The notes: generated by a model not told the origin, from the letters alone. A stretch of 64,000 bases of DNA from an uncultured candidatus Porisulfidus sp. (GCA_965214545.1 OZ243950.1:1478440-1542439), one strand, 5' to 3'. Shown: positions 38,267 through 49,344, counted from the first letter of the stretch. Numbers and translations: made by a program.

Positions 38267-39951
38267 ACGGCCTGGGCCCGGTGTTGCACGGGAACACCCT
38301 GGGGCAACTGTTCGAGGCGCGGGTCGCGGCCACGCCGGACGCGGTGGCCTACGTCGAGTACAGCCCGGTGCTCGGCAAATGGTTCCGGCACAGCTGGGCA
38401 TCGATGCATGAACAGGCCGGCCGGGCCCAGTCCCTGCTTGAGGCGCTCGGCCTCGAAGCGGGCGACCGAATCGGCATCATGGCGCACGGCGGCGCCTACT
38501 GGGTGACTCTGGACCTGGCGGCGGCCGGCCTCGGGATCGTGACCGTGCCGCTGTACCACCGGGACCGAGGCGGCAATGTGGCCTATGTGGCCGGCCGCAG
38601 CCGTCTGCGCGCGTTGTTCATCGGCGGGCCTGCGCAGTGGCAGGAACTCGCCGGCGAGCGCGCCCGCATGCCCGGGGTCGAACATCTGTTCAGCGCGATC
38701 CGGATCCCGGACACGGAAGTCCGGCCGTTTTTCCTGGAGCTTGCCGACGCCGCCGCGTCGCGGTACCGGGTGGTGCAGAACGACCCCGAGTCCATCGCGA
38801 CGATTGTATTTACCTCGGGGACCACGAGCCGGCCCAAGGGCGTGCTGCTGACGCATGCCAACATCCTGAGCAACGCCCGCGCTGCGACGGCTGCGGTCCC
38901 GATTGGGCCGGCAGACCGGCTGCTGTCTTTTCTCCCGCTGTCGCACATGTTCGAGCGGACGGTCGGGTACTACTCGCCCCTGTTGTGTGGTGCCACGGTG
39001 GCGTTCGCCCGTTCGGTCGCCAGTCTGCGGGAGGACCTTCGCCTGCAACCGCCCACCATCCTGGTGTCGGTGCCGCGCGTCTACGAAAAAATCTATCGTG
39101 CCATGACTTCGAGGCGTCCGTTGAACAGCCCGGTCGGGCGGCTGCTGGTGTCGCTGGGCCGGCGAGCCGGCCGGGCCGGGCCTTCGTCCTGGGGGTGGGT
39201 CCTGGGCGGGCTGCCGCGGCAGTTGATCGGCAAGAAAGTCCTCCAGGGCCTGGGCGGGCACCTGCGGCTTGCCATTACCGGCGGCGCGGCGATGAATGCG
39301 TCGGTGGCGGACTTCTTTGCGGGAATGGGCCTGAAAGTGCTGCAGGGCTACGGCCTGACGGAGACCGCCCCGGTGGTCAGCGTCAACCGGGAGGACGACA
39401 TCCGGCGCGGTTCGGTCGGCCCACCGATCGAGGGGGTGGAGGTGAAGCTGGCCGACGATCAGGAATTGCTGGTGAGAGGGGAGGGGGTCATGCAGGGCTA
39501 CCTGGACAATCCCAAGGCGACGGAAGCGGCCATCGACCGCGAGGGGTGGTTTCATACGGGCGACCTGGCGCGCATTGAAGACGGCCACATCCATATCGTC
39601 GGGCGGGCCAAGGAGATCATTGTGCTGTCCAACGGCGAGAAGGTCCCCCCGGAGGACCTGGAAAGCGCCTTGTGCAATGACCCCCGGATCAGCCAGGCTT
39701 GGGTCACCGGAGAGGGGCGGCCCTTCCTGTCGGCGGTCGTGGTGGTCGATGAACCGGAGGACGAGGCTCAATTACTGGATGCCGTGGACGACCTGCTGCG
39801 CGACTTCCCGGGCTACGCGCGGATCCGGCGCCTGCACGTCGAGACCGAACCGTGGGGAGAGCGGGACGGCTTGATGACCGCGACGCTGAAGTTGCGGCGC
39901 CGGGCTCTTCATGAGAAGTACGACGCGATCCTCGCTGCGTTCTACGAGTGA
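38263..39951 (+). CDS. Long-chain fatty acid--CoA ligase (FadD-like AMP-binding enzyme)
   Basis: TSGTTSRPKGVLLTH (AMP-binding box), GYGLTETAP, C-terminal GWFHTGDLA. Confidence 0.75.
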   Translation: MNGLGPVLHGNTLGQLFEARVAATPDAVAYVEYSPVLGKWFRHSWASMHEQAGRAQSLLEALGLEAGDRIGIMAHGGAYWVTLDLAAAGLGIVTVPLYHRDRGGNVAYVAGRSRLRALFIGGPAQWQELAGERARMPGVEHLFSAIRIPDTEVRPFFLELADAAASRYRVVQNDPESIATIVFTSGTTSRPKGVLLTHANILSNARAATAAVPIGPADRLLSFLPLSHMFERTVGYYSPLLCGATVAFARSVASLREDLRLQPPTILVSVPRVYEKIYRAMTSRRPLNSPVGRLLVSLGRRAGRAGPSSWGWVLGGLPRQLIGKKVLQGLGGHLRLAITGGAAMNASVADFFAGMGLKVLQGYGLTETAPVVSVNREDDIRRGSVGPPIEGVEVKLADDQELLVRGEGVMQGYLDNPKATEAAIDREGWFHTGDLARIEDGHIHIVGRAKEIIVLSNGEKVPPEDLESALCNDPRISQAWVTGEGRPFLSAVVVVDEPEDEAQLLDAVDDLLRDFPGYARIRRLHVETEPWGERDGLMTATLKLRRRALHEKYDAILAAFYE

Positions 39952-40083
39952 GCGCGACGGAGATAGGGACCCATTCTCAAATTAGGACAAGTCAACTTTC
40001 CTTATCTGGGAAAATTATAAAATACCCTTATATTTCATATAAATATATCTGCAAAAAATCCTGAAAAGGTGGAAATCCTGACG

Positions 40084-40416
40084 TTAAGGCGGGGTTCCGC
40101 GTTCAATCTGGGTCTGCGTCATGTCGCCGCTGGTGTCGATGATGACTTCCCGGATGTCCGGTATCCGTGCCACGATGTAGGCGGCCATCATCGTGGCCAG
40201 TTCCTGGTTGTGGTTTTCCATCGCCGTCAGCAGCCGGTCGGCGACGATCTGGCAGCGCTGATGGGAATCCGGGCGGTCGACCCAGGTCCGGGACATCTGC
40301 CAGCCCCGGTCCATGTCGGCGTCCATGCGGGCGAACATGTCGGCGGCCTCCCCGGGCATTCCGTCCGGAATTCGGATCGGGTGGGACTGTTCGTTGATGG
40401 TGATCTTCAGGATCAT
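40084..40416 (-). CDS. Hypothetical small acidic protein
   Basis: MILKITINEQSHPIRIPDGMPGEAADMFARMDADMDRGW.... No confident family. Lies next to an AT-rich intergenic region. Confidence 0.4.
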   Translation of the reverse strand: MILKITINEQSHPIRIPDGMPGEAADMFARMDADMDRGWQMSRTWVDRPDSHQRCQIVADRLLTAMENHNQELATMMAAYIVARIPDIREVIIDTSGDMTQTQIERGTPP

Positions 40417-40516
40417 GGAGCTCCATCCTAGCACCGCGGATGCGCCGCCCGCCGCGCCGGGTTAAGATAGAACCCCACAACAGGCGCCTTTCAGGTTTTT
40501 TTAAGCAACCCCGTTC

Positions 40517-42484
40517 ATGCCACGCCGCAGATCCTCCCGGCGACGCACTCGTCAGTCTCCTTCTTCCGAGCCGGTCCACGGGCGCCTCAGTGCGCACCGC
40601 GACGGCTACGGCTTCGTCACGCCGGACAGCGGGGGGGAAGACATCTTCCTGCCGCAGGCGCAGATGCACACCGCGATGCATGGCGACTACGTTTCGGTCT
40701 GGCCCGGCCAGCCGGGCTGGCGCGGCAAGACCAGTGGACTGTTCCACGAAGTCCTGGAGCGCAGCCACGAGACCGTGGTCGGGCGGGTGCAGGCGACCGG
40801 TGGGCGCAAATCAGTCATCGTCCCGGAAGACCCGCGCATCCAGCACGCGTTCGAGTCTGTGAAACACGTGAGCGCGAAGAACGGGGACATCGTGGTGGCC
40901 GACATCACGGTCTTCCCGCAGCAGGGCCATCCGGGCAAGGCCGAGATCAACCGCGTGCTGGGGGACTCGGAACAACACATGGACGTCGATCTCGCGATCG
41001 CCAAATTCAGTCTCCCGAATACCTGGTCGCGCCCGGTCCGCGAGGAGCTGCCCGGTCTGGCGGAGCTTGAGGACGAGTTGCCGCGGCGGGACCTGACGGA
41101 CCTGCCATTCGTGACCATCGACGGCGCGGACGCCAAGGATTTCGACGATGCCGTCTGCGCGCGCCAGACCCGTTCCGGCTGGACGCTGTGGGTGGCGATC
41201 GCGGATGTCGCCCACTACATCCGCCCGGGCGGCGCTCTGGATGCCGAGGCGAAGAAGCGGGGGACCTCGGTGTATTTCCCGAACCGGGTCATCCCGATGC
41301 TGCCGCCGGAACTGTCGGAAGACCTGTGCTCCCTGCGCCCGGACGTGGAACGCAAGACCCTGGCCTGCGAGATGCAGCTGGACGACAGCGGGGCGTTGCA
41401 GTCGTCCCGGTTCTACCCGGCACAGATCCGTTCCCGGGCGCGGCTGACCTATTCGGCCGTGGAGCAGGCCATCTTCAAGGGCGAGCCTGAGGCCCGCAAG
41501 CGCCTGGAACCGCATCGACCTGCGCTGGAGAAGTTAGTGGCCCTGTACCGGCTCCTTCACGCCCGGCGCCTGCAGCGAGGGGCGCTGGATTTCAACAGCA
41601 CCGAATGTCGCTTCAAGTTCGACGGCCAGGGGCGGGTCAAGGGCATCTACCCCGTCGTCCGGCTCGACGCCCACCGGCTGATCGAGGAGTGCATGATCCT
41701 GGCCAATGTCGCGGCGGCCGAACAGTTGCACCGGCACAAGCAGCACGGACTGTACCGCGTCCACGACCAGCCGCAGCAGGAGAAAATCAACACCCTGCGT
41801 GCCCTGGTGGCTGGCCTCGGCCTCAATTTCCCGCCCGGCGACCCCGTCACGCCCCGCGATTGCGCCGACCTGCTGGAGCAGGTCCAGGGCGCCGAGCACC
41901 AGCCCCTGGTCGAGCGCGCCCTGTTGCGCTGCCAGAGCCTGTCCGTCTATTCGCCCGACAACATCGGGCATTTCGGCCTGGCGCTGGAGCGCTATACCCA
42001 TTTCACCTCGCCGATCCGGCGCTATCCGGACCTGGCCGTGCACCGGGCGCTCCGCCGGACGCTGAAAGGCGGGAAGCAGGCCGGGCCGCCCCCGTCCCAT
42101 GCCGACATGACGGCGCTTGGAGAACATTGTTCCATGGCAGAGCGGCGGGCCGACGAGGCCGTGTGGGACGTCGAGGGGGCGTACAAGTGTCGCCTCGCGG
42201 AGAAGCATCTGGGGAAGCATTTTGGCGGGACCGTCAGCACGGTCACACAGTTCGGGTTATTCGTGGAACTGGACGGCTTGTATACGGACGGCCTGCTCCA
42301 CATCAAGCAGATGGGGCGGGATTACTATCACTACGACCCTGATGCGCAGCAGCTGAAAGGGGAACGCAGCGGCGAGGTCTGGCAGGCCGGCGACCGCGTC
42401 GAGGTAACGCTTCAGGAGGTCAACCTGCGGGAACGCCGGATCGTGCTGGTGCCGCATGGCGGCCACGGTCGAGGCCGGGCGTGA
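40517..42484 (+). CDS. rnr: Ribonuclease R / exoribonuclease II family 3'-5' exoribonuclease (short form)
   Basis: Arg-rich N-terminus, cold-shock domain HRDGYGFVTPDSGGEDIFLP, RNB catalytic motif FVTIDGADAKDFDDAV, C-terminal S1. Followed by rlmB as in the conserved rnr-rlmB pair. Confidence 0.8.
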   Translation: MPRRRSSRRRTRQSPSSEPVHGRLSAHRDGYGFVTPDSGGEDIFLPQAQMHTAMHGDYVSVWPGQPGWRGKTSGLFHEVLERSHETVVGRVQATGGRKSVIVPEDPRIQHAFESVKHVSAKNGDIVVADITVFPQQGHPGKAEINRVLGDSEQHMDVDLAIAKFSLPNTWSRPVREELPGLAELEDELPRRDLTDLPFVTIDGADAKDFDDAVCARQTRSGWTLWVAIADVAHYIRPGGALDAEAKKRGTSVYFPNRVIPMLPPELSEDLCSLRPDVERKTLACEMQLDDSGALQSSRFYPAQIRSRARLTYSAVEQAIFKGEPEARKRLEPHRPALEKLVALYRLLHARRLQRGALDFNSTECRFKFDGQGRVKGIYPVVRLDAHRLIEECMILANVAAAEQLHRHKQHGLYRVHDQPQQEKINTLRALVAGLGLNFPPGDPVTPRDCADLLEQVQGAEHQPLVERALLRCQSLSVYSPDNIGHFGLALERYTHFTSPIRRYPDLAVHRALRRTLKGGKQAGPPPSHADMTALGEHCSMAERRADEAVWDVEGAYKCRLAEKHLGKHFGGTVSTVTQFGLFVELDGLYTDGLLHIKQMGRDYYHYDPDAQQLKGERSGEVWQAGDRVEVTLQEVNLRERRIVLVPHGGHGRGRA

Positions 42485-43236
42485 GGCCTCCGGAACTGAT
42501 CTACGGCCGCCACGCCGTGCTGGCCGCCCTGCAGGCGCGCCCTGGGGACATCCACGAACTCTGGTTGCAGAACGAGGGGCACATCCCGCAGACCGACCCG
42601 CTGGTGGTCCGCGCCAGGGAATTGCGCATTCCGGTCCAGCGCGTCAATGCGGCCACCTTGCGCCGCCACACCCGGGATGCGGTGCACCAGGGCGTGGTCG
42701 CCCGGGTCCGGCCCCAGGAACCCGTCCCGGAGCAAGAATTATCCGCCCTGCTGAAAGACCCGTGCGACACCGCGCGCTTCCTGGTGCTGGACGGCGTGAC
42801 CGACCCGCACAACCTGGGTGCCTGCCTGCGCGTCGCGGAAGCGGCCGGCGTTCGCGCCGTCATCGTGCCGGCCCGCCACCAGGCCCGCCTGACGGGCAGC
42901 GTGTTCAAGTCGGCGTCGGGGTCGGCTGAGCGGCTGCCCCTGGTCCGGGTGTCGAACCTGGCGCGCAGCCTGGAGCAACTCAAGCAGGCCGGGGTCTGGC
43001 TCTATGCGGCGGCCGCGGATTCGGGCCCGAATCTCTGGGAGACCACGTTCCGCCTGCCTTGGGCGATGGTCGTGGGCGGTGAGGGCGGGGGCCTCCGTGC
43101 CCGCACGCGCGGCCTGTGTGATTTTTGCGTCGGGATCCCGATGCGCGGGGATGTCGAAAGCCTCAACGTGGCCACCGCCGCCAGCGTGCTGCTGTTCGAG
43201 GCCGACCGGCAATCGCGGGGGCGGCCGGAATCATGA
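42481..43236 (+). CDS. rlmB: 23S rRNA (guanosine2251-2'-O)-methyltransferase
   Basis: SpoU/TrmH fold with VLDGVTDPHNLGACLRVAEAAGV. Confidence 0.85.
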   Translation: MRPPELIYGRHAVLAALQARPGDIHELWLQNEGHIPQTDPLVVRARELRIPVQRVNAATLRRHTRDAVHQGVVARVRPQEPVPEQELSALLKDPCDTARFLVLDGVTDPHNLGACLRVAEAAGVRAVIVPARHQARLTGSVFKSASGSAERLPLVRVSNLARSLEQLKQAGVWLYAAAADSGPNLWETTFRLPWAMVVGGEGGGLRARTRGLCDFCVGIPMRGDVESLNVATAASVLLFEADRQSRGRPES

Positions 43237-44525
43237 AGGTCCTGGTGGTCGGGGGCGGGGGCCGGGAACATGCGCTGGCCTGGAAGCTCGCGCAGTCGAA
43301 AGACGCCGAACAGGTCTTCGTCGCGCCGGGCAACGCGGGCACGGCGCGGGAGTCGGGGGTCCGGAACGTGGCGATCGCCGCCACGGACACCGAGGCCCTG
43401 CTGGAGTTCGCGCAGTCGGAGGACATCGGCCTGACCGTGGTCGGACCCGAGGACCCGTTGGCAGGCGGCCTGGTCGACCGGTTCGAGGCGGCGGGCCGCC
43501 GGGTGCTGGGCCCCCGCAGGGAGGCGGCCCGGCTGGAAAGTTCCAAGGGATTCAGCAAGGATTTCATGGCGCGTCACGACATCCCTACGGCCCGCTACGA
43601 ACGCTTCACCGATTTCGACCGGGCCCGGCGCTACCTGGCCGGCCAGCGCGCCCCGATCGTGGTCAAGGCCGATGGCCTGGCCGCCGGCAAGGGCGTCGTG
43701 GTGGCGGCCTCCATTGCCGAGGCGGAGCAGGCGGCCTCGGCGATGCTGCGGGACGCGCAGTTTCAGGAGGCCGGGCGCGCAATCGTAATCGAGGAATACC
43801 TGGAAGGACGGGAGGCCAGTTTCATCTGCCTGGTGGATGGGACGGACGTCATTCCCTTGGCCACGTCGCAGGATCACAAGGCACGCGACGACGGCGGTCG
43901 CGGGCCCAATACGGGCGGCATGGGTGCGTACTCGCCGACGCCGCTGATCACGCCGGAATTGCACTGCCGCGTATTGGAGGAAATCATCCAGCCCACGGTC
44001 CGGGGCCTGGATGCGGAAGGGATGCGATACCGGGGATTTCTGTACGCCGGACTCATGCTGGATCCGAAGGGCCAGCCGAGCGTGCTCGAATACAACTGCC
44101 GGTTCGGCGACCCCGAGACCCAGCCCATCCTGTTTCGGTTGGATTCAGACCTGTTGGAGTTGTGCCTGGCCGCGACCGGGGGGCGTCTGGGCGACTGCGC
44201 CCCAAAATGGGATTCGCGTCCTGCGTTGGGCGTTGTGCTGGCGATCCGGGATTATCCAGGGAGCTATCCGAAAGGCGTTCCCATCACCGGCCTCGACGAA
44301 CGGGAAGGGGGCACCGGGGTGAAAGTCTTCCATGCCGGGACGGCTCTGGATGACGCGCAGGTGGTGACGAATGGCGGGCGGGTGCTGTGCGTGTGCGCGA
44401 AGGAGAAGACCTTGGCCCAGGCCCGGGAGCAGGCCTACCGGGTAGCCGAGAAGATCCGGTTCGAGGGAAAATTCTGCCGGCGCGACATTGGTGCGGCGGC
44501 ACTGGATTCGGGAGGGCCCGGGTGA
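43233..44525 (+). CDS. purD: Phosphoribosylamine--glycine ligase
   Basis: MKVLVVGGGGREHALAWKLAQS... ATP-grasp. Confidence 0.9.
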   Translation: MKVLVVGGGGREHALAWKLAQSKDAEQVFVAPGNAGTARESGVRNVAIAATDTEALLEFAQSEDIGLTVVGPEDPLAGGLVDRFEAAGRRVLGPRREAARLESSKGFSKDFMARHDIPTARYERFTDFDRARRYLAGQRAPIVVKADGLAAGKGVVVAASIAEAEQAASAMLRDAQFQEAGRAIVIEEYLEGREASFICLVDGTDVIPLATSQDHKARDDGGRGPNTGGMGAYSPTPLITPELHCRVLEEIIQPTVRGLDAEGMRYRGFLYAGLMLDPKGQPSVLEYNCRFGDPETQPILFRLDSDLLELCLAATGGRLGDCAPKWDSRPALGVVLAIRDYPGSYPKGVPITGLDEREGGTGVKVFHAGTALDDAQVVTNGGRVLCVCAKEKTLAQAREQAYRVAEKIRFEGKFCRRDIGAAALDSGGPG

Positions 44526-44543
44526 CAGGCCGCCCGGGCGCGC

Positions 44544-45800
44544 TCAGCGCTTCATGGCCTCGAAGAACTCGTCGTTGGTCTTGGTCGCCTGGAGCTTGCC
44601 GAGCAGGAACTCCATGGCCGCGATTTCGTCCATGGAATGGATGAACTTGCGCAACACCCAGATTTTCTGCAATTCGGCCGGGTCCATCAGCAACTCTTCT
44701 CGGCGGGTCCCGGACCGGTTGATGTTGATCGCCGGGTAGACCCGTTTCTCGGCGATGCGCCGGTCCAAGTGGATTTCCATATTGCCGGTTCCCTTGAACT
44801 CCTCGTAGATCACCTCGTCCATCTTCGACCCGGTGTCGATCAGGGCGGTGGCGATGATGGTCAGGCTGCCGCCTTCCTCAATGTTGCGGGCGGCACCGAA
44901 GAAGCGTTTCGGCCGCTGCAGGGCGTTCGCGTCGACGCCTCCGGTCAGCACCTTGCCGGAAGAGGGGGCGACCGTGTTGTAGGCGCGGGCCAGGCGCGTG
45001 ATCGAGTCCAGCAGGATGACGACATCGCGCCGATGCTCCACGAGGCGGCGTGCTTTCTCGATGGCCATGTCGGACACCTGGACGTGCCGGTTCGCGGCTT
45101 CATCGAAGGTGCTTGAAATCACGTCGCCCTGGACCATCCGTTCCATCTCGGTGACTTCCTCCGGGCGCTCGTCGATCAGCAGCACGATCAGGTAGCACTC
45201 CGGCGAATTGGCGGTGATGCTCTGCGCGATGTTCTGCAGCAGGATGGTTTTCCCGGCCTTGGGCGGCGAGACGATCAAGCCGCGCTGGCCCCGGCCGATC
45301 GGTGCCGTCAGGTCGATGATTCGGGCGGTGATGTCTTCGGTGCTGCCGTTGCCGCGCTCAAGCTTCAGGCACTGGTCCGGATGCAGCGGGGTGAGGTTCT
45401 CGAACAGCGTCCGGTTGCGAGATTTTTCAGGGGGATCGTAGTTGATCTCCGAGACCTTCAGGAGCGCGAAGTAGCGCTCGCTTTCCTTGGGCGGGCGGAT
45501 CTTCCCGGAGACGGTGTCGCCGGAGCGCAGACCGAAGCGGCGGATCTGGTTGGGGGAGACGTAGATGTCGTCGACGCCGGCCTGGTAGGACACGTCCGGA
45601 GAGCGCAGGAAGCCGAACCCCTCCTGCAGGATTTCCAGCACGCCTTCCCCGAAGATGTCCTCTCCGTTTCGGGCATGGGACTTGAGCAGTTGGAAGATAA
45701 GGTCTTGCTTGCGTGCGCGGGAGGCATTTTCTAGCCCCGCCTGCTCGGCCATTTCAAGCAGTTTCGTGATGGGGGTACGTTTGAGTTCCGTGAGGTTCAT
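44544..45800 (-). CDS. rho: Transcription termination factor Rho
   Basis: [20 protein letters not shown] start. Walker [13 protein letters not shown] and RNA-binding OB fold. A ~200-nt leader follows, as for rhoL. Confidence 0.9.
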   Translation of the reverse strand: MNLTELKRTPITKLLEMAEQAGLENASRARKQDLIFQLLKSHARNGEDIFGEGVLEILQEGFGFLRSPDVSYQAGVDDIYVSPNQIRRFGLRSGDTVSGKIRPPKESERYFALLKVSEINYDPPEKSRNRTLFENLTPLHPDQCLKLERGNGSTEDITARIIDLTAPIGRGQRGLIVSPPKAGKTILLQNIAQSITANSPECYLIVLLIDERPEEVTEMERMVQGDVISSTFDEAANRHVQVSDMAIEKARRLVEHRRDVVILLDSITRLARAYNTVAPSSGKVLTGGVDANALQRPKRFFGAARNIEEGGSLTIIATALIDTGSKMDEVIYEEFKGTGNMEIHLDRRIAEKRVYPAININRSGTRREELLMDPAELQKIWVLRKFIHSMDEIAAMEFLLGKLQATKTNDEFFEAMKR

Positions 45801-46004
45801 ATTGGTGTGGGAGGGTCGGTGAATGGATGAGGGGGGTGATGGAAACTGATGCAGCGATCGCTGCACCGGTAAGGGGAAAACGCCGCATGCGGCAGGGTTC
45901 CCTGGATGGGTCAGTGTGTGCAGGGCGAATGCCCTGCCGGAAAGGTGTCCTAGTCTAGCATACGCGGGTTTCGGCGGTGCTCAGTTTCCTGCGGGGGAAA
46001 GAGC

Positions 46005-46331
46005 CTACAGGTGCTCTTCGATGAAGGCGGTCAGCTGCGATTTGGATAGCGCGCCGACGCGTTGCCCGGCCACTTCCCCGTTCTTGAACAGGATCAGGGT
46101 CGGGATTCCCCGGATGCCGTATTTTGGCGGGGTCTTCGGGTTCTCGTCCACGTTCAGTTTCGCCACCTTGAGGCGGTCCTGGTATACCCCGGCAAGCTCG
46201 TCGAGGATTGGCGCGACTATCCGGCAGGGCCCGCACCACTCCGCCCAAAAATCCACCAGTACCGGCTCATCGCCGGAGAGAACTTCGCTGCCGAAATTGT
46301 CATCGCCGACAGCCGTAATGTTGGCGCTCAT
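46005..46331 (-). CDS. trxA: Thioredoxin 1
   Basis: WCGPC active site, 108 aa. Confidence 0.9.
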   Translation of the reverse strand: MSANITAVGDDNFGSEVLSGDEPVLVDFWAEWCGPCRIVAPILDELAGVYQDRLKVAKLNVDENPKTPPKYGIRGIPTLILFKNGEVAGQRVGALSKSQLTAFIEEHL

Positions 46332-46629
46332 AAAGCCTCCTGGTGTGGGTGGTTGGTAACGAAAGCCCTGTGAGTGGGTCAGGTGGCAGCCGCTTGCCCC
46401 CATTGTATCATCGGATAGGCCGTGGGATATATTCGGTGGCCTCGTGGACTTGCGCACCGGCGCCACTCAGCCCCGGGCTCGACCTTCAGTTGCAGGGGCG
46501 CTGGTAGAAGGCCGGGCATTTCCTGCCTGTTTCCTGTCCGGTCCTCGCGCCTGTCAGGCTGAACGCAAAAATGGCTGGCAAGGGCATCTCGGGTATAATC
46601 GTCTCCCCGTTTTTCAAGGTTTGCAGGAT

Positions 46630-47079
46630 ATGGCGCGGATTACCGTCGAAGATTGTCTGGAACGGATTGACAACCGTTTTGACCTGGTGCTGATTGCAGC
46701 CCGCCGGGCTCATATGCTCAAGAAAGGGGCATCCGAATTTCTCCCTTGGGACAACGACAAACCCGCCGTGCTTGCCTTGCGGGAAATCGCCGCCGGGAAA
46801 GTGACGCCCGACATCTTGGACCAGCCGATCCAGGAGCCGGATGACGAGATCGAGCCTTCGGACCTGGAAGCCATCCACCAGCAGGCGGCGGAAATGGTGG
46901 TCGAGGACGTTTCTGCGGCGCATGACGACGACGAGGATTTCGACGACGATTTCGATGCGAATGAGGACGAAGACACGGAGTTGTCTGCCGGTGCCAAATC
47001 ATCGGGCGATCCGGGCGCCAAGGACGTGAAAACCCCCGATGCCCCGAGCCCGGTCGAAGCACCTGAGAAGGGAGCCTGA
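46630..47079 (+). CDS. rpoZ: DNA-directed RNA polymerase subunit omega with extended acidic C-terminal tail
   Basis: [30 protein letters not shown]..., then a ~60-aa D/E-rich tail. Confidence 0.8.
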   Translation: MARITVEDCLERIDNRFDLVLIAARRAHMLKKGASEFLPWDNDKPAVLALREIAAGKVTPDILDQPIQEPDDEIEPSDLEAIHQQAAEMVVEDVSAAHDDDEDFDDDFDANEDEDTELSAGAKSSGDPGAKDVKTPDAPSPVEAPEKGA

Positions 47080-47096
47080 CCCCGCTTTTCCGAACC

Positions 47097-49286
47097 ATGT
47101 CTGCGGCGATCGAATCGGTGACCTCGCCGATTGACAGCTCCCCGCCGAACCCGGTTCGCTTCCACACTCTCTGCGATCAGCTCGACCAGTACCTGGATCT
47201 GGAGCAGGTCCGGCGCGTCTACCGCGCATATATTTTCGGCGCTGGACGGCACGCCGAGCAATACCGGTTGTCCGGTGAGCCCTACATTACCCATCCGTTG
47301 TCGGTCGCCTGTACGCTGGCCGACCTGAATCTGGACGCGGACACTATCGTGGCGGCCCTGTTGCACGATGTCATCGAGGATACGCCGACTGCCCGCGACC
47401 AGATCCGGGAAGAATTCGGCGAGGATGTGGCCCATCTGGTTGACGGGGTCAGCAAGCTGACGCACCTGGACGGCGTCTCGCGCAGCGAGGCGCAGGCGGC
47501 CAATTTCAGCAAGATGATGCTGGCGACGGTGCGCGACATCCGGGTGATGCTGGTCAAGCTGGCGGATCGCCTGCACAACATGCGCACGCTGGATGTGCTG
47601 CCGGCAGAAAAGCAGCAGCGGATTGCCCGCGAGACCCTTGAGGTCTATGTGCCGATCACGCGCCGCCTGGGGATGAATGCGCTCTGCCTGGAACTGGAGG
47701 AGCGCGCCTTCAAGGCCCTCTATCCGGTGCGCAGCCGCGTCCTTGATGAAGCCATCCGGGCGCATCGGGGGCGTCAGTCCGACCGGGTCGAGAAAATCCG
47801 TGCAAACCTGATCCGGCATATTGAGGAACGCGGCATTCAGGCGCAGATCGAAGGGCGTGAGAAAAGTGTCTACAGCGTTTACTGCAAGATGCGGGACAAG
47901 AACCTGTCATTCGACGAAGTTTTTGATGTCTACGGGTTCCGGGTCATCGTGGATACGGCAGATCAGTGCTATCGGGTGTTGGGGGTCGTCCATAGCCTGT
48001 ACAAGCCGCTGCCGGGCAAGTTCAAGGATTACATCGCGATCCCGAAGGCCAACGGATACCAGTCGCTGCACACCGCCTTGCAGGGCCCGGATGCGGTGCC
48101 GCTGGAAATCCAGGTCCGAACGCAGGAAATGGAGCAGGTGGCCGAGGGAGGGGTCGCGGCCCACTGGAACTACAAATCCGGCACGAACCTCTACCTGCCG
48201 GCGCACGCCAAGACCTGGATGCAGAACATTCTCGACATCCGCCGCCTTGCGCCGGATTCCGTAGAGTTCCTGGAGCACGTCAAGGTGGACCTCTTCCCGC
48301 ACGAAGCCTACGTGTTTACGCCGGCGGGGGACATTCTGCGCTTGCCGCAGGGGGCCACCGCGCTGGATTTCGCGTATGCGATTCATTCCGGTGTCGGCAA
48401 TGCCTGCGTCGGGGCCAAGATCGACCGCATCGCGTCTCCCTTGAGCACGGAACTGAGCAGCGGCCAGACGGTCGAGATCCTGACGGCTGCGCACGGCAAA
48501 CCCTCTCCGGCCTGGCTGGATTTCGTGGTGACCGTCAAGGCCCGTTCGTCGATCCGCCAGTACCTGAAAGGCCTGAAGGAAGAACAGGCAGAGGAACTGG
48601 GCATGCGCTTGCTGGACAAGGCGTTGGCCCGGTCCGGAAAGACTTTTACGGATCTGCCGGCCGAGGAGGTGTCGAAGACCCTGGAGGTCATGAAGGTGGA
48701 GAATGCGCAGCAACTGTTCCAGGACATCGGGCTCGGCCGTCTGATGGCCCCGATCGTGGCGCATCAATTGATGGGGACGGAGGCCGCACCTCGCAGTTCG
48801 ACCCGCTGGCTGGATCGCGTGTTGAGGCGGAAGCAGGATCAGCCGGTCGCATTGCAGGGCACGGAAGGGATGGCCGTGACGTTCGCCAAGTGCTGCCGGC
48901 CGATTCCAGGCGACCCGGTCACCGGTATCGCGTCGGCCGGACATGGGCTGGTCATCCACCGGAGCAACTGCCCCAACCTGAAGCGGTTCCGCAAGTCTCC
49001 GGAGCAGTGGATTCCCTGTGAATGGGCGGACACGGTGGCCGGCGAATACCCGGTCTCGATTCGGGTGTCGACCAAGAACCGTCGCGGGCTTCTGGCCCGC
49101 ATTGCCGCTGCCATTGCCGAGGAAGGCTGCAACATCGAGGGAGTCGACCTGGAAGAGGCGAAGGGTTCCGCCCATATCAACATGGGCTTCATCCTAACTG
49201 TTCGCGACCGGATTCACCTGGCTGCGATCATCAAGGCAGTTCGGCGGTTGCCGAACGTGCACAAGGTCGTGCGCCTGTCGGGCTGA
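47097..49286 (+). CDS. spoT: Bifunctional (p)ppGpp synthetase/hydrolase SpoT
   Basis: HD hydrolase motif HDVIEDT, synthetase domain, TGS and ACT domains, 729 aa. Confidence 0.85.
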   Translation: MSAAIESVTSPIDSSPPNPVRFHTLCDQLDQYLDLEQVRRVYRAYIFGAGRHAEQYRLSGEPYITHPLSVACTLADLNLDADTIVAALLHDVIEDTPTARDQIREEFGEDVAHLVDGVSKLTHLDGVSRSEAQAANFSKMMLATVRDIRVMLVKLADRLHNMRTLDVLPAEKQQRIARETLEVYVPITRRLGMNALCLELEERAFKALYPVRSRVLDEAIRAHRGRQSDRVEKIRANLIRHIEERGIQAQIEGREKSVYSVYCKMRDKNLSFDEVFDVYGFRVIVDTADQCYRVLGVVHSLYKPLPGKFKDYIAIPKANGYQSLHTALQGPDAVPLEIQVRTQEMEQVAEGGVAAHWNYKSGTNLYLPAHAKTWMQNILDIRRLAPDSVEFLEHVKVDLFPHEAYVFTPAGDILRLPQGATALDFAYAIHSGVGNACVGAKIDRIASPLSTELSSGQTVEILTAAHGKPSPAWLDFVVTVKARSSIRQYLKGLKEEQAEELGMRLLDKALARSGKTFTDLPAEEVSKTLEVMKVENAQQLFQDIGLGRLMAPIVAHQLMGTEAAPRSSTRWLDRVLRRKQDQPVALQGTEGMAVTFAKCCRPIPGDPVTGIASAGHGLVIHRSNCPNLKRFRKSPEQWIPCEWADTVAGEYPVSIRVSTKNRRGLLARIAAAIAEEGCNIEGVDLEEAKGSAHINMGFILTVRDRIHLAAIIKAVRRLPNVHKVVRLSG

Positions 49287-49344
49287 GGGAAGGCAAGAGC
49301 CGCAGGCCCTCGCAGCCAGCAGGGGCAGGCGCGAGGGCACCAAA

